From positions 1-64,000 of IMG/VR virus record IMGVR_UViG_3300016471_001099: a stretch of DNA of 64,000 bases. One strand, 5' to 3'. This stretch comes from a virus. The notes under the pieces were generated by a model, which searched no databases, was not told the DNA's origin, and was given only the letters and a program-made list of their open reading frames with translations. The position numbers were made by a program, and so were the translations under genes. Of the stretch, positions 20,049-30,520 are shown piece after piece (position 1 is the first letter of the stretch; the number at the start of each line of letters is the position of its first letter).

Positions 20049-20891
20049 TTAGTTATTGTTTTTTTTGGCGTTTAGGGCCAGGTTGTTTCCGAGTGCGTTA
20101 AAAAGATAATTGGCTCCGTAACTACTTCCGTTGTAAGCCCTCAGGGCATCCAGAACCTTTTGTTCTCCTCCGTAAGTCGAGGCCAATGCGTTTAGTCCTG
20201 CAATTATTCTGTTTCTCTCGGCAACTTCCAGTTGCATGTCGTCGTTCGTCTTGGAGAAAAAAGTCCATATGACGCTAGCGGCATCGGCGTTTTGGGACGG
20301 CGTTCCGGATTTTCCGGTTTTACTTCCCTTATTTACCTTGTACGTGAATTTGGGCAAAGTCAAAAATCTCTCGAACTGATCCGAGCTTTCGGTGCACGAC
20401 ATGTTTCCCCTGGCCAGGACCGCTTTGCCCAGTTCGTTCGTTCGTTCTATTTGTATGGAAAGTGAAGATATTTTCCACGACGGAACGGAGGAAGAAAGCA
20501 TTTCGTGCGAGTTGACGAATATAACCGAATTGTCTTCGGCGGCGAAAGCCTGAAGAAGTTTTATGTCGCCATCTATTGGCTTCGATATTCCGTCTTTTTG
20601 CACGGATATCAAAAAACTGAAAGACACTTTTTGCAAAGTCGCCGCTGTTGGCTGAAGCAGCGGCAAGGAAAGCGGCCTGGTCAATTCGTCAAACTGCACT
20701 GCTCCGACGTCGTGCGAAACGTCCTGAATTCCGTATGGAAACACGTAGCTCAGGTTCCCTCCGATTTGATCCATTCTCGTCAACAACGAATTTCCGTTGT
20801 TTATCGCAGTCGGATTCGTCGGTGCGGTTCTAGCTCTTATTCCTATGGATGCGACGCCCGTCAACCTTGCTTTTCTTCCTATGATGGCCAT
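20049..20891 (-). CDS. Tail tube initiator/gpU-like protein
   Basis: 280 aa directly after the tape measure; synteny and beta-rich N-terminal half. Confidence 0.5.
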   Translation of the reverse strand: MAIIGRKARLTGVASIGIRARTAPTNPTAINNGNSLLTRMDQIGGNLSYVFPYGIQDVSHDVGAVQFDELTRPLSLPLLQPTAATLQKVSFSFLISVQKDGISKPIDGDIKLLQAFAAEDNSVIFVNSHEMLSSSVPSWKISSLSIQIERTNELGKAVLARGNMSCTESSDQFERFLTLPKFTYKVNKGSKTGKSGTPSQNADAASVIWTFFSKTNDDMQLEVAERNRIIAGLNALASTYGGEQKVLDALRAYNGSSYGANYLFNALGNNLALNAKKNNN

Positions 20892-23800
20892 TTAGATTCT
20901 CTCCGTATAAGCTCTTCGTTGTTGTTCGAGGACGGCGGCCACCTGTTTCGCTATGGCGGCTTCGGACTGCCCGGGGGCTCCGTAAACGTTGACGGTTACG
21001 TTTTGGTTCATGACTCCTCCGCCGGATTCGTTGGCGACCCTTGACGTCTTCGTTCCGCCTATCGGTGGAACGACGTGCAGGTGCCTGCTTGATCCCCTTC
21101 CGTGGAACTCGGCGAATCCCCCGGCCTTTGATATGAGTCGCTGGTACTGTCCCAGATTGTCGCCCGTAAGGTCGTACGCCCTGCCGGCGGCGTGATCCGA
21201 ACTCATTGAACCGAGATTGTCGAAGCGAAGGGCGCTCGTTATCGTTCGCTTACCGGTCAACAGCGAATTGAATCTTGAATGAGCCGCCATCGTGGCGCCG
21301 AGGGCCCTCGAGGTTGAGGTGTCCCCAACTCTTCCCCTTCTCTGGCTTCTCGTATCCCCTTCCACGAGCTGAAGGGTATTGTTGGATACCGTCCACTTGT
21401 ATTTCTTCATGTCGCTCCACCATTGTGGAGTTTGGCCCTCCCACGCTTCCGGATTGTCGAATGCCGTAGTGATCGCTGTCGCTATGTCGTTGGCGAATTT
21501 TTTCGAAGCTTCTTCGGTGAATCCAACATCTCCGGCTATTTCGTACACCTTTGAAGTTTCCGTAGCGAATATTCCCTGATTTTGGGGTTGCGATATCGCG
21601 GTCGATAGCGCTTGCCCGGCGGCCCCCAGCGACCCCATTCTGGAAAGATCCAATCTCCCCTCTTTGTCCAGCAATTGCCCGGTTCGCAAGTAATTCAAAA
21701 GATTCGTTTTGTCCTGATCCCCTATCGCGGCGTTGCCGAACACACCCTGAATTGCGCCTTTCAATCTGTCGGCCGCTCCGACATTCTTGAACACGAATCC
21801 CTGTTCCGCCATTCCTCCCAGTACTTGCGTCATCGCTAGGCCCGACATTTGCGAAAGTTGCGTATTGTACGCGGTTTGAGCCTGAGCCTGACCCTCTCTG
21901 GAGAACGCTCCGGCCAATCCGAAATCCTTCATGCTTCCGAACGCACCGAGATTTCCGGCCGCGAAATCCCTCATTCCCGACAGAACGGCGAATGGATTGT
22001 CCGGATTTTCCGCTATGAGGAGTTCTGTCATTTTTCTGGCGAAATCCTTGAAGTCGTCTATGGTCGCCGTTTCGCCGAGACCCTTGAGATTATTGAACGA
22101 CGCCGTAAAGGCTTTGCTGGTCGCTCTTTTTGCGATTTCTTCGTCGAACGCGTTGAGCGACGCAAGCTGTATGTCGGTTATCGCGGCCCGCATTTCGGCG
22201 GCCGTCTTGCGGGTCGCTATTCCGAGTTTGCCCATTTGTTCCGTCAGGGACTTCGTTGGATCCCCAAGATCGACGTCCATTTTCGAGGCGAGTTGCATGA
22301 TTTCCGCCTCGGTTTTGCCAGTCATCTTCGCCAAATGCTGGGTTACGAACTGCCCGCGTTTGAGCACTATGTCGGCTACTTCCAGCCTCCCGAGACCTTC
22401 TTGGGGAAGATAGAGTTCGCCCCTAACCGGCGCGCCGGCTTTGCCCCTCCTGAGCATGAAATCTTCCGCCCTGCGAATTTGCGTGTTTAGGACCTTGTTG
22501 CCGCCTGCGTCAAGTCTGTAACCAAGATTTGTTTCTTGGAATCCGGCGACCATGGAATCGAAACTCTTCATTGCTCCGGAGTTACCTTCGGATGCTTGCT
22601 TCAGATACTCCTGCGCCAATTTATAATCGCTCTTGAGCATCAAGCCGGAGTTCTTCATCTGCTCCAGAATGTTTTCCCTTGCGGGATTCATCGCTAGGTT
22701 TAGTTGCGCATATCCGTATGGGTTGGATACGGCGGCGTTTCTCGTTGCGGTGGCGGTTCCGAACGAACCCAGATTCATGGAGGCGATCATTTGTTGTTGT
22801 TTGGTGATCTGGCTTATTCCTCTTTGATACGACTGACCACCGGATTGCTCGAGTCTCCCCGTTTTTGGGTTTACGCGCGTTCCGACCATCGCCGCTACGA
22901 CCTGGCCCATCATTCTGTCGCCGATGCCTGCTCCTATTTTCTTCATTTGTCGTTCGCGGTTGCCCTGAGCCTTGAAGAATCCGACGGCGCCACCGATCAA
23001 AGCGGCTCCACCGGTGATAAGGGCCTTTGCGACTTGACCGGCGGGAGGCGGACCCAACAGCGGGCCCATTGCGTCGCCTATTATTTTGCCGACCGCAGCT
23101 CCGGCCATGACGCCTCCGAGCGCAGCTTTTCCGGAACTGGTCGACTTCATAAGGGTGGCGCCAGCGGCTATGCCCATTCCGCGCGCTCCGAACATGGCGC
23201 CGACCCCGAGGGCGTTGTTCGCCGCCGAGCGCATGTCCTTGTCGCCTATTTTGTTGGTGATTCCGGTGGACAGCAGCATTCCGCCCATCATTCCCAGCAT
23301 CGGGTTGAACGAACCCATCACCGCTGCTTTCGTTGACGCCCCGACGCCGGTGAACATCGTTCCGACCTGACCCGCGAATTGCCGTCGTCCGAACGCCCTC
23401 AGCGCCGCCCTTTCCGCACGGGTCGTCGTTATTCCATCTTTCGTTCTTTCGCCGCCCCTGTGAAAATTTCCCTGTTTGTCTACGAAACGTCTTCTTCCGG
23501 ATTCGGCGTCTTTCTTGAGCATCTCTTGGAAGGATTTTTCTCTGGCTACTTGGAGAGCATTTGGCGTATATATCGGCGCAAGACCCTGAGATGCGGCCAG
23601 ATTATTCACCTGTTGCTGTAGTCGCAATTCCCGAAAACCTGCTCCATGCGCCCTGCCGCTCAGAGTCTTGAAAAGCCCCTCTCTATGCGCCCCGACCACC
23701 CTTCCGTCCGCAGTAGTGGTTTCTACGTATCCACCCCTCAACATTCTGAAAATATTCGATTGACCGTACATTAAATCTCTACCGGCGTTGCCGTACTGCA

Positions 23801-26042
23801 TATGAGCGCCGACCGCGTTATTTCTCGCTTCTCGCAACTTTTTTTCTTTTTGCTTGTCGCTCAAGCCGGCGTATCCCGGGGCGAGCATGACGGCTCGTTC
23901 GGCTTGCGCTATCTGGCTATTGAGCATTTGAGAGCTCACGCTGCTTCCAAGAACTCCCTGTCCTTGGTAGTCGCGGTAAGAACCCAAATTTGCGAATCCG
24001 ACTCGCTCGAATCCATTTCCCGCCCATGGTACTTTGTCCATGCCCAAACCCATCAACTGGGCCCCGGCGACGGCGTTACCGGCGTAATCGTATTTTGCGA
24101 AATCGAAATACGATCGCCCCGCTGTCTTCTGAAGGTTCTGATGGGCGTTGTACGCCGCTATTTCCGACGGGGTCAACGGAACGCCACCCGGATTCGATCT
24201 CATGTTTCTATATCTATTAATGTTCAACATCGCGGGAAGTCCGCCCAAAAATCCCCTCCGTGCGTTTTGCGCCGCGTATATCGAGGCCATGGACGCCTCG
24301 TCTTTCAGGCTTCCGCCACGACCCATTCTGTAGGCGGTCCTGCTTCCCTTGAAACCGCCGAACAACAATCCGAGCGTTACCAACGATCCGATCCCGGGTC
24401 CCAGGCCGCCTCCGACTGTTCCGCTCGGTCCGCCACCGGTTCCGCCCATGCCGAGGAAACCTTCTCCGCCTCCCAGCCTGAACGTGCCTATACCTCTGAC
24501 GAGGCTCGCCATTCCGCTTATGAGTTTTGAGAGAACGTTCACTATCGCCGTGAGGACCGGCAGGGCTTCGGTGAACGCTACTTTGAGCGCTGCGAACCAG
24601 TCGCCTATTGAAAGAACCAATCTTTCGAGTGCGTCTCCCCACGCGGTGAATTGCTCCTCGTTGTCCTGGGCCAGATAGCCCAGGGATTCGGCGTTCCTTC
24701 CGAAGATCCTGAAAATGGCGAATATCGGGCCCTTGAACGTTTCCGTTATTATCCTCGATCCCTCCCTGAATTTCTCCAGGGAGTGCTTGAACTGATTGAA
24801 CGACTTGAGAAACGAAGCCGTTGTCCTCTTGAACCATTCCGAGGCTCCGAACAACATCGGCAGGTACTTCCTGACCAGCGTGACGGAGAATTTTTCTAGT
24901 GCGTTTCCTATCGTCGTTATCGCCGGGAACAGTTTGTTCTTTCCGAAGAAGGTGAACTCCGGGGCGAGCCTTGCGAATACGTTTCTGACGTTTTTGTATA
25001 GACCGTCCAGAACTTGTCTGACGTCGTTGAGGAACTGGTCTCCGAAGTCCGCCATGTCGTTGGCCAGAGCGACCGTTATTTGCTTGAACTGGGAGACGAG
25101 GGTTCCTTTTATCGATCCGAATTCTCCGCTGACGCCGGCTTGTTGCGCCAGTCCTCCGCTGGCCATCGCGGCCATGATGCTCGCCGCGTCCTTCTTCTTG
25201 GATTTCTTTATCGCATCGGCGAACTCCTTGCTTACTCCGGCCGCCGCCGTAGTCGCCTTGCCGGTTACCTTTCCTTCCTTTTGAAGTATCGCCACGAAAT
25301 TCGCCATGGACTGGAACGACTTACCCTGGTCCTGCGCCCTCGCCGTGAAGTCCATCGCCCCGGACAGTGCCTTCGTCTGCCTGCCGGTGACCCTGCCTTG
25401 CTGGGACATCGTTTTGTACGCCTGAGTAAGTTGCGTTACGCCCATCGTCGCAAGATTCGTGTCGGTGTAAAGACCTCTCATTGACGCCGCCGCCGCCCCG
25501 GTGGCGGATCCGTATACGTTCGCGCCCTTGTACTGCCAGGCCGCCGCAGCCGCGTTGAACTCCTTGAATGCAGCCACGGCTGCCGAAGCGGCTACGGCAA
25601 CGGTCGCCAATGCCGCGCCAGCAGCGCCGAGGGCGAGGTTGTATCCCTTCACCGCCCACTGACCGAGCTTGAACATGAGATTAACGGAGGCGAGAGTCGC
25701 CGCGGTAATGACGAATTCGGCCACCAACGCTATCAACTGGAAGAACAACAGCCTCGCCGATTTTCTGAACAAGTTGGTCAGTTTGTTGCCTGCCGTCATT
25801 TGTTTTCCGAAACGTTTTCCCGACTGCTCCAAGTCGTGAAAGCGTTTCGTCATGGCCGCCATCGGCTCGTCGGTTTGGCGAACCGTTCTGTTCATTCGGT
25901 TCGTGCTCTGACTGAACCTATTGCTGGCGTCGCTAGCTCCGTCGGCGGCTTGCTGAAAACCCTCCAACTCTCCGAGCACCTGCGCCATGTCGCGCCTGTT
26001 GGCCTCGAAATCTATGCGTATTGTGACTATTTCGTCGGGCAA
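20892..26042 (-). CDS. Tape measure protein with C-terminal M15-like peptidase
   Basis: 1716 aa, Ala/Gly-rich helical with hydrophobic segments; follows the tail chaperone. C-terminal SDHAAGRAYD...HLHV. Confidence 0.9.
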   Translation of the reverse strand: MPDEIVTIRIDFEANRRDMAQVLGELEGFQQAADGASDASNRFSQSTNRMNRTVRQTDEPMAAMTKRFHDLEQSGKRFGKQMTAGNKLTNLFRKSARLLFFQLIALVAEFVITAATLASVNLMFKLGQWAVKGYNLALGAAGAALATVAVAASAAVAAFKEFNAAAAAWQYKGANVYGSATGAAAASMRGLYTDTNLATMGVTQLTQAYKTMSQQGRVTGRQTKALSGAMDFTARAQDQGKSFQSMANFVAILQKEGKVTGKATTAAAGVSKEFADAIKKSKKKDAASIMAAMASGGLAQQAGVSGEFGSIKGTLVSQFKQITVALANDMADFGDQFLNDVRQVLDGLYKNVRNVFARLAPEFTFFGKNKLFPAITTIGNALEKFSVTLVRKYLPMLFGASEWFKRTTASFLKSFNQFKHSLEKFREGSRIITETFKGPIFAIFRIFGRNAESLGYLAQDNEEQFTAWGDALERLVLSIGDWFAALKVAFTEALPVLTAIVNVLSKLISGMASLVRGIGTFRLGGGEGFLGMGGTGGGPSGTVGGGLGPGIGSLVTLGLLFGGFKGSRTAYRMGRGGSLKDEASMASIYAAQNARRGFLGGLPAMLNINRYRNMRSNPGGVPLTPSEIAAYNAHQNLQKTAGRSYFDFAKYDYAGNAVAGAQLMGLGMDKVPWAGNGFERVGFANLGSYRDYQGQGVLGSSVSSQMLNSQIAQAERAVMLAPGYAGLSDKQKEKKLREARNNAVGAHMQYGNAGRDLMYGQSNIFRMLRGGYVETTTADGRVVGAHREGLFKTLSGRAHGAGFRELRLQQQVNNLAASQGLAPIYTPNALQVAREKSFQEMLKKDAESGRRRFVDKQGNFHRGGERTKDGITTTRAERAALRAFGRRQFAGQVGTMFTGVGASTKAAVMGSFNPMLGMMGGMLLSTGITNKIGDKDMRSAANNALGVGAMFGARGMGIAAGATLMKSTSSGKAALGGVMAGAAVGKIIGDAMGPLLGPPPAGQVAKALITGGAALIGGAVGFFKAQGNRERQMKKIGAGIGDRMMGQVVAAMVGTRVNPKTGRLEQSGGQSYQRGISQITKQQQMIASMNLGSFGTATATRNAAVSNPYGYAQLNLAMNPARENILEQMKNSGLMLKSDYKLAQEYLKQASEGNSGAMKSFDSMVAGFQETNLGYRLDAGGNKVLNTQIRRAEDFMLRRGKAGAPVRGELYLPQEGLGRLEVADIVLKRGQFVTQHLAKMTGKTEAEIMQLASKMDVDLGDPTKSLTEQMGKLGIATRKTAAEMRAAITDIQLASLNAFDEEIAKRATSKAFTASFNNLKGLGETATIDDFKDFARKMTELLIAENPDNPFAVLSGMRDFAAGNLGAFGSMKDFGLAGAFSREGQAQAQTAYNTQLSQMSGLAMTQVLGGMAEQGFVFKNVGAADRLKGAIQGVFGNAAIGDQDKTNLLNYLRTGQLLDKEGRLDLSRMGSLGAAGQALSTAISQPQNQGIFATETSKVYEIAGDVGFTEEASKKFANDIATAITTAFDNPEAWEGQTPQWWSDMKKYKWTVSNNTLQLVEGDTRSQRRGRVGDTSTSRALGATMAAHSRFNSLLTGKRTITSALRFDNLGSMSSDHAAGRAYDLTGDNLGQYQRLISKAGGFAEFHGRGSSRHLHVVPPIGGTKTSRVANESGGGVMNQNVTVNVYGAPGQSEAAIAKQVAAVLEQQRRAYTERI

Positions 26043-26072
26043 GGCGTGCTCCCAGGAGTCGGAACGTGCGAA

Positions 26073-26737
26073 CTAGCGAGAGTTCTCCGCTTCTTGTCTC
26101 TCCCTCTCGCGGTCCGCCGATATAACTTTAGCACAGGCGTATCTAATGACCCACTCTTCCATCGGGGAATCGAGCAATTTGACCGGATCCGTTCCCCATA
26201 GCTCGCCTAATCGAGCGGCGGCCATTACGCGATTGTCTTGCGACAAATCCTCGATTAGTTCTTCGTAGGGTTTTCCGTCGACTCCGCCTGGATGGTGTCA
26301 CCGAATCCGCAGGCGTCGATGATCGCCAGCGCGGCCGCCTCGACGTGAGCGTCGATACCGAAGAACTTCTGCACCGCGTCTGGAATCGCCTTGTCGCAGT
26401 TGGTCATCTCGAGAATCGGCTTGGAGGCGAAGTTGACGGGCCACTGTCCGTCCTGCAGTACTTCCTGACCCTGGAAGTAGACGCCCTTCGTCGAGTGTCC
26501 GACGACGGTGCACGCGAACTTGGTGGAGTCGAGACCCTTTTGCGTCTCGCTTCCGCACTGCTTTTGCCAGTTGCGAATTTGCGATTGCGTGAGGTTGGGG
26601 CTGATCAACAACTTGACGCCCGGCCTCTCCGGTACCTCGATGAAGACGTTCGGTCTTTCGACCTTCTTGGCTATGACCGCCTTCAGCTGGTCCAACAGGG
26701 TTGGTTCTTGGGAGTTTTTGTTCGTGTTTTCGTCCAT
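26073..26737 (-). CDS. Tail assembly chaperone, long (-1 frameshift, GT-type) product
   Basis: The -1 frame is open for 65 codons from the slippery site (PYEELIEDL...ENSR*) and is closed upstream by TGA at 26298. Confidence 0.7.
26255..26737 (-). CDS. Tail assembly chaperone, short (G-type) product
   Basis: 160 aa between tail tube and tape measure. Confidence 0.8.
   Translation of the reverse strand: MDENTNKNSQEPTLLDQLKAVIAKKVERPNVFIEVPERPGVKLLISPNLTQSQIRNWQKQCGSETQKGLDSTKFACTVVGHSTKGVYFQGQEVLQDGQWPVNFASKPILEMTNCDKAIPDAVQKFFGIDAHVEAAALAIIDACGFGDTIQAESTENPTKN
26267..26273 (-). other. -1 slippery heptamer A AAC CCT
   Basis: In-frame X XXY YYZ three codons before the TAA. Confidence 0.7.
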
Positions 26738-26775
26738 GGGCGTAACCTAGCGCGTCACGGGCCTCTGTGGTGTAA

Positions 26776-26792
26776 CCGACCCTTCGGGTCGG
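26776..26792 (-). terminator. Hairpin after the tail tube gene (stabiliser or weak terminator)
   Basis: CCGACCC-GAA-GGGTCGG; no U-tract follows. Confidence 0.35.
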
Positions 26793-26798
26793 CACTCG

Positions 26799-27242
26799 TC
26801 AGGAGTAGGTCAGCTGCGCTGGCTGGCCGTTAACTGAGAACGTCAGGGCGAAGGTGGCCGGTGCACCCGACGAGGCGTCTCCGTCCGGCTCGGTCAATCC
26901 GACCAGCAGGCAGTTGGAGTACGCCCTGTCCGGCTTGGCATCCGCCACGTCGCAGTTCGTGTAGTAGATCGTGATGTTGTAGAAGGCCCTTCCGACGTGC
27001 TGTCTGGCGACGTTGAGCAACGGCCTGTCGTTGTCGTCGTAGTGCCTGGTGATCGTGATGTCGCCGACCTCGGATGGTGCGCACAGCAACTCCGGGAACT
27101 TCTGGCCGCCGACGTAGATCTTCTCCACGGCGGCTGTGATTTCTCCGCCCGAAACCTGTGCGAAGAAGTTGCCGAAGTTGGGGGCGACCGTACCGATCGC
27201 TTCCACCTTCGCCAGAATCTGTCTCTGCGTGTACTTTGCCAT
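26799..27242 (-). CDS. Tail tube protein
   Basis: 147 aa after the sheath. FAQVSGGEI...VGDITITR...ATFALTF (gp19-like). Confidence 0.85.
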   Translation of the reverse strand: MAKYTQRQILAKVEAIGTVAPNFGNFFAQVSGGEITAAVEKIYVGGQKFPELLCAPSEVGDITITRHYDDNDRPLLNVARQHVGRAFYNITIYYTNCDVADAKPDRAYSNCLLVGLTEPDGDASSGAPATFALTFSVNGQPAQLTYS

Positions 27243-27257
27243 GTTCTATTCCTCCGA

Positions 27258-28715
27258 TTAGGCCAGAGATGCGGTGAGGTTTGACTTGCTGATCTCGACC
27301 TCGATGGTGTCACCGATGGACGAGACCCTCAATCCGACCCTCGCCTTGACCGTTCCGGTCGCGAGTTGGGTAACTGGGTTGAGTTGTTCGTTCACCGTCA
27401 CCTTGTATCCGGGATCGATGAGTCTGCCGTTGTCTGCGTACATCGGGTAGAGAGCCCCGGCCTGGGCCAGCGGGTCGAGGATGTTGACGAGAGTCGCCTT
27501 GACTTCGCCGAACAGGGTTCCTCTTCCGTCGATGATGCTGAACACGAGTCTCTCTAGTCTCGTCTCCGCCTGGGAGACGACGTAGTTGACGATCTCCTTG
27601 GCGTTGATGAACCTGTAGTTCTCGACGTCGCTGGATGCGGAGCGTGCTCCGTACACCCTGACGTCCCCGTTGATGACTCTGATCGGGTTTACGTAGCCGT
27701 CGTTGAGGTCGTTTGCCTCGTCGGAGGTGATCGACCTGAACGTTCCCTTCACGAACTCTCCGTTCGTGTTGGTTCCAGCGTACGCGGCCCAAGGTCCGAC
27801 CTCGTTGTGCAACTTGGCTCTCTTGCCCGCGACGTATCCCTCGCACGGAATCGAGACGGTGAGGCCGTTTCTCTCGACCTTGACCCACGGGTAATACCAG
27901 GCCGCGAACTCGGCGCCAGCGGTATCGGCGAGCGTAGCGGCGTCGGATATCACGTCGGATGGCTCGTCGTCCCTGTCGAATCCGAGAAGTGCGGTTCTTG
28001 AGTTGGCTTGGGCGTGCGCAATGAGCGCCGACCAAATGGTGTTTCCGGTTTTCCCGGGCATGCAAACCGCCCCGGTGCCGAGTGTCTTGATGAAGGCGTC
28101 CAGGGCGGTCGTGAAATCGGAGTCGACCAAAGTTGATCCGTTATTTCCGCCCGAGAAGGTGTACGTCGCGGCTTCCGGTATTCCGGAACCCGCACCGGCG
28201 GTTGCCGTAACGTAGAGCGAAGCAACCGCGCTGTTGTTGATTTCCTCCACCGCATCGGCGACGGTGGAAAGCACCGGCGTCGAGTAGACGAGATCGTCGT
28301 CGAGAAGTATTCTCACCCTGAACGTCTCGTCCGGGGTTGGCTGGGTGACTTCGGCCTCGAGAACTCCCGAATGCGGCCAAGTTCCCTCACCCGAAGCGAC
28401 GAGTGTCATCACGGTGGCCGGAGTGTCGTTCAGCAATGCCGCCGAAGCCGACACTGCGCCGCTCTGATCGATGACGCGCGAAACGTAGGCGCGCGAACCG
28501 CCTTCTTCGAAGAAGGTCTGCAGAGACTGATGAACGTATCCGCTAGCCGTGTAACCGCCGTAGATTTCCTCGAAGTCGGCGAGGCTCTGAACGAGAAACG
28601 CCGTGCCCTCGGGGCCACGGGTGGTCACGCCAGCGATGAACAGCGTTGATGTTGGCGAGACCGTGACCGTCGTTGGGCCGGTCACCACCGACGTCGTTAA
28701 GACTATTCCAGGCAT
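27258..28715 (-). CDS. Tail sheath protein
   Basis: 485 aa. FIAGVTTRGP...AAWYYPW...NPIRVING...VYGARS...RFINAKEI. Confidence 0.93.
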   Translation of the reverse strand: MPGIVLTTSVVTGPTTVTVSPTSTLFIAGVTTRGPEGTAFLVQSLADFEEIYGGYTASGYVHQSLQTFFEEGGSRAYVSRVIDQSGAVSASAALLNDTPATVMTLVASGEGTWPHSGVLEAEVTQPTPDETFRVRILLDDDLVYSTPVLSTVADAVEEINNSAVASLYVTATAGAGSGIPEAATYTFSGGNNGSTLVDSDFTTALDAFIKTLGTGAVCMPGKTGNTIWSALIAHAQANSRTALLGFDRDDEPSDVISDAATLADTAGAEFAAWYYPWVKVERNGLTVSIPCEGYVAGKRAKLHNEVGPWAAYAGTNTNGEFVKGTFRSITSDEANDLNDGYVNPIRVINGDVRVYGARSASSDVENYRFINAKEIVNYVVSQAETRLERLVFSIIDGRGTLFGEVKATLVNILDPLAQAGALYPMYADNGRLIDPGYKVTVNEQLNPVTQLATGTVKARVGLRVSSIGDTIEVEISKSNLTASLA

Positions 28716-28752
28716 TTACTGTCCTCCGATGTGAGGTTTTTGGTCAATAGGA

Positions 28753-28758
28753 ATAATA
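28753..28758 (-). promoter_or_regulatory. -10-like TATTAT upstream of the sheath
   Basis: AT-rich gap; GGAGG RBS 7 nt before the ATG. Confidence 0.4.
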
Positions 28759-28794
28759 GCATTTGAATCTCTTTTGAAACGACACGTTTTAAAA

Positions 28795-29169
28795 TTAGTC
28801 ATTTTTCTTTTTGGGTTCGTTTATCGTGGGCGACTTAGGGACCGAAGTATGGGTAGTCGCTGGTTCAGAACCTTGCCGGACAGCACCGTCCGCGGAAACT
28901 TTTCGCGCTTTTGGGGATGGTACCTTTTTCTTTCCGTGGTTGGCGTTGGCATTCTGGGAGTCAAGACGCACGACCAAACCCTTGTTCAACGCCTTTTCTA
29001 GGTCTTTTTGGTCCGCGGCCACGTATGCCCTCTGTCCCGCGGACAACTCATGACCGTCGGAGGTTACCCTGACGTGGGCCGACGAAATGCTCATGACTTT
29101 TACGTACGAGGCGTCGTTTTCCTGAGGATAATTGACCGAGTCTTCAGTTATTAGAACGAAAATCTCCAT
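28795..29169 (-). CDS. Hypothetical protein
   Basis: 124 aa in the operon. Confidence 0.6.
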   Translation of the reverse strand: MEIFVLITEDSVNYPQENDASYVKVMSISSAHVRVTSDGHELSAGQRAYVAADQKDLEKALNKGLVVRLDSQNANANHGKKKVPSPKARKVSADGAVRQGSEPATTHTSVPKSPTINEPKKKND

Positions 29170-29171
29170 AG

Positions 29172-29792
29172 TTAATCAGAAAGCTCCTGACCGGGGCCGG
29201 CTTCCACGGTCTCTAGGTCTATGTTCTCGAAGTCGGCGAGCTTCTCCCTCACTATCGGCTCCTCTATTCTGAGTTCGTATCCGACGTACGCTCCAGCCAG
29301 ATACCTGTCGCCCTTGAGCAAGGTTATTTCGGAGTATTCCTCGGTTATGGATGACTCTTCTATCATTGCTTCCCTTTGGGGATTTCTTCTTTTTAGACAT
29401 GGGTGATCCATGAGGGCGGAACGAATAACGACTATCAATCTGTCGCGCATTACGGTCACCGATCTCTCCCCCTCCGTCCTGGCCCATGCGTACGTGCGCA
29501 TGTTGTAGGAGACCTGGTATTCGGGGTCCCCGTATCGCATATGGCCGACCCTGGTGAATCCGCGACCGGAAAGAGCGACGGTTATGATCGTCGGCCATGA
29601 ATCCATCGTCGCCGGCTCGTAGTCCAAAAATTCCGCCGGATCCGGAAGTTCGTCGTTCGAAACATCCCAGTAATTTCTGTATTTGATCAACCTTTTCGGT
29701 ATCTCCACCTTGAGGTATTCGTTCACGAAATTTTTTGCGAACTGAGGTCCGTACATCGCCTCGAATTCGTGCGCTCCGACCTGGCTCATCAT
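29172..29792 (-). CDS. Tail terminator/completion-like protein
   Basis: 206 aa from MMSQVG (ATGA overlap with the upstream stop); synteny before the sheath. Confidence 0.6.
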   Translation of the reverse strand: MMSQVGAHEFEAMYGPQFAKNFVNEYLKVEIPKRLIKYRNYWDVSNDELPDPAEFLDYEPATMDSWPTIITVALSGRGFTRVGHMRYGDPEYQVSYNMRTYAWARTEGERSVTVMRDRLIVVIRSALMDHPCLKRRNPQREAMIEESSITEEYSEITLLKGDRYLAGAYVGYELRIEEPIVREKLADFENIDLETVEAGPGQELSD

Positions 29793-30520
29793 CTGCTCCC
29801 GGGTGCGATTCCGCGAACGCCGTGAACGTATTCTCCGACGAGTCCGGCAACCGATTTGGCGAACGGATCGTGCTCGAAAACGAGTCTCCTCATCGGCATT
29901 CTCGTTGTTCCGTATTGGTGGAACGTGGCGTATCTCACCTTGTTGCCGAACTCCACCGAGTTGTTGGTTATTTTGTCCTCGCGCAATCCGACGGTCAGGC
30001 TTTCGAACAATTTTCCGGTGGCGACCATCGTCGGGGCGCCGGGGTGTTTTAGCGCCTTCCATGCTCCGTACGACGGACTCAACGGGGCCCAGCCTCCGGA
30101 CGGTAACCCGTTGGTGGCGAAATTCTCCACGAACATCGCCTGAACCATGGGCTTTATCATCACCACCAGTGGCGGAACGCACGTCTCGGCTCTGCCGAAC
30201 ATTTTGCGCATCATCGTTTTCACGCCGTGAAAATGTTTGAGCCGACCCTCTTTTTTGTATCTTCCGCCTCGTTGGTCCATCCTGTGAATTTTCAACTCGA
30301 GCATTTCTATCGAGGCCATCGTTTTGGCCCAGCTCTTGTAATTCACTTTTACGTCTATGCCGAGGCTTACCCCTTTGCCCCTCGGACCGGAAGTTCTTAC
30401 GCTCGGCCCGGCACCCGCCAATGCCCGCGGCTGGGATGCCCTAACTTTGTCGCCCGTGCTCTTGCGAGTTCGCTTGAGTTGCGATTTTTTGGGTTTGTAC
30501 ACCCCGGGATCTTCGGCCAC
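29789..30520 (-). CDS. Virion morphogenesis/tail completion protein (Mu gpG/P2 gpS-like)
   Basis: 243 aa, GTG start. WAPLSPSY...VATGKLFESL...YATFHQYGT...MPMR. Confidence 0.8.
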   Translation of the reverse strand: MAEDPGVYKPKKSQLKRTRKSTGDKVRASQPRALAGAGPSVRTSGPRGKGVSLGIDVKVNYKSWAKTMASIEMLELKIHRMDQRGGRYKKEGRLKHFHGVKTMMRKMFGRAETCVPPLVVMIKPMVQAMFVENFATNGLPSGGWAPLSPSYGAWKALKHPGAPTMVATGKLFESLTVGLREDKITNNSVEFGNKVRYATFHQYGTTRMPMRRLVFEHDPFAKSVAGLVGEYVHGVRGIAPGSR

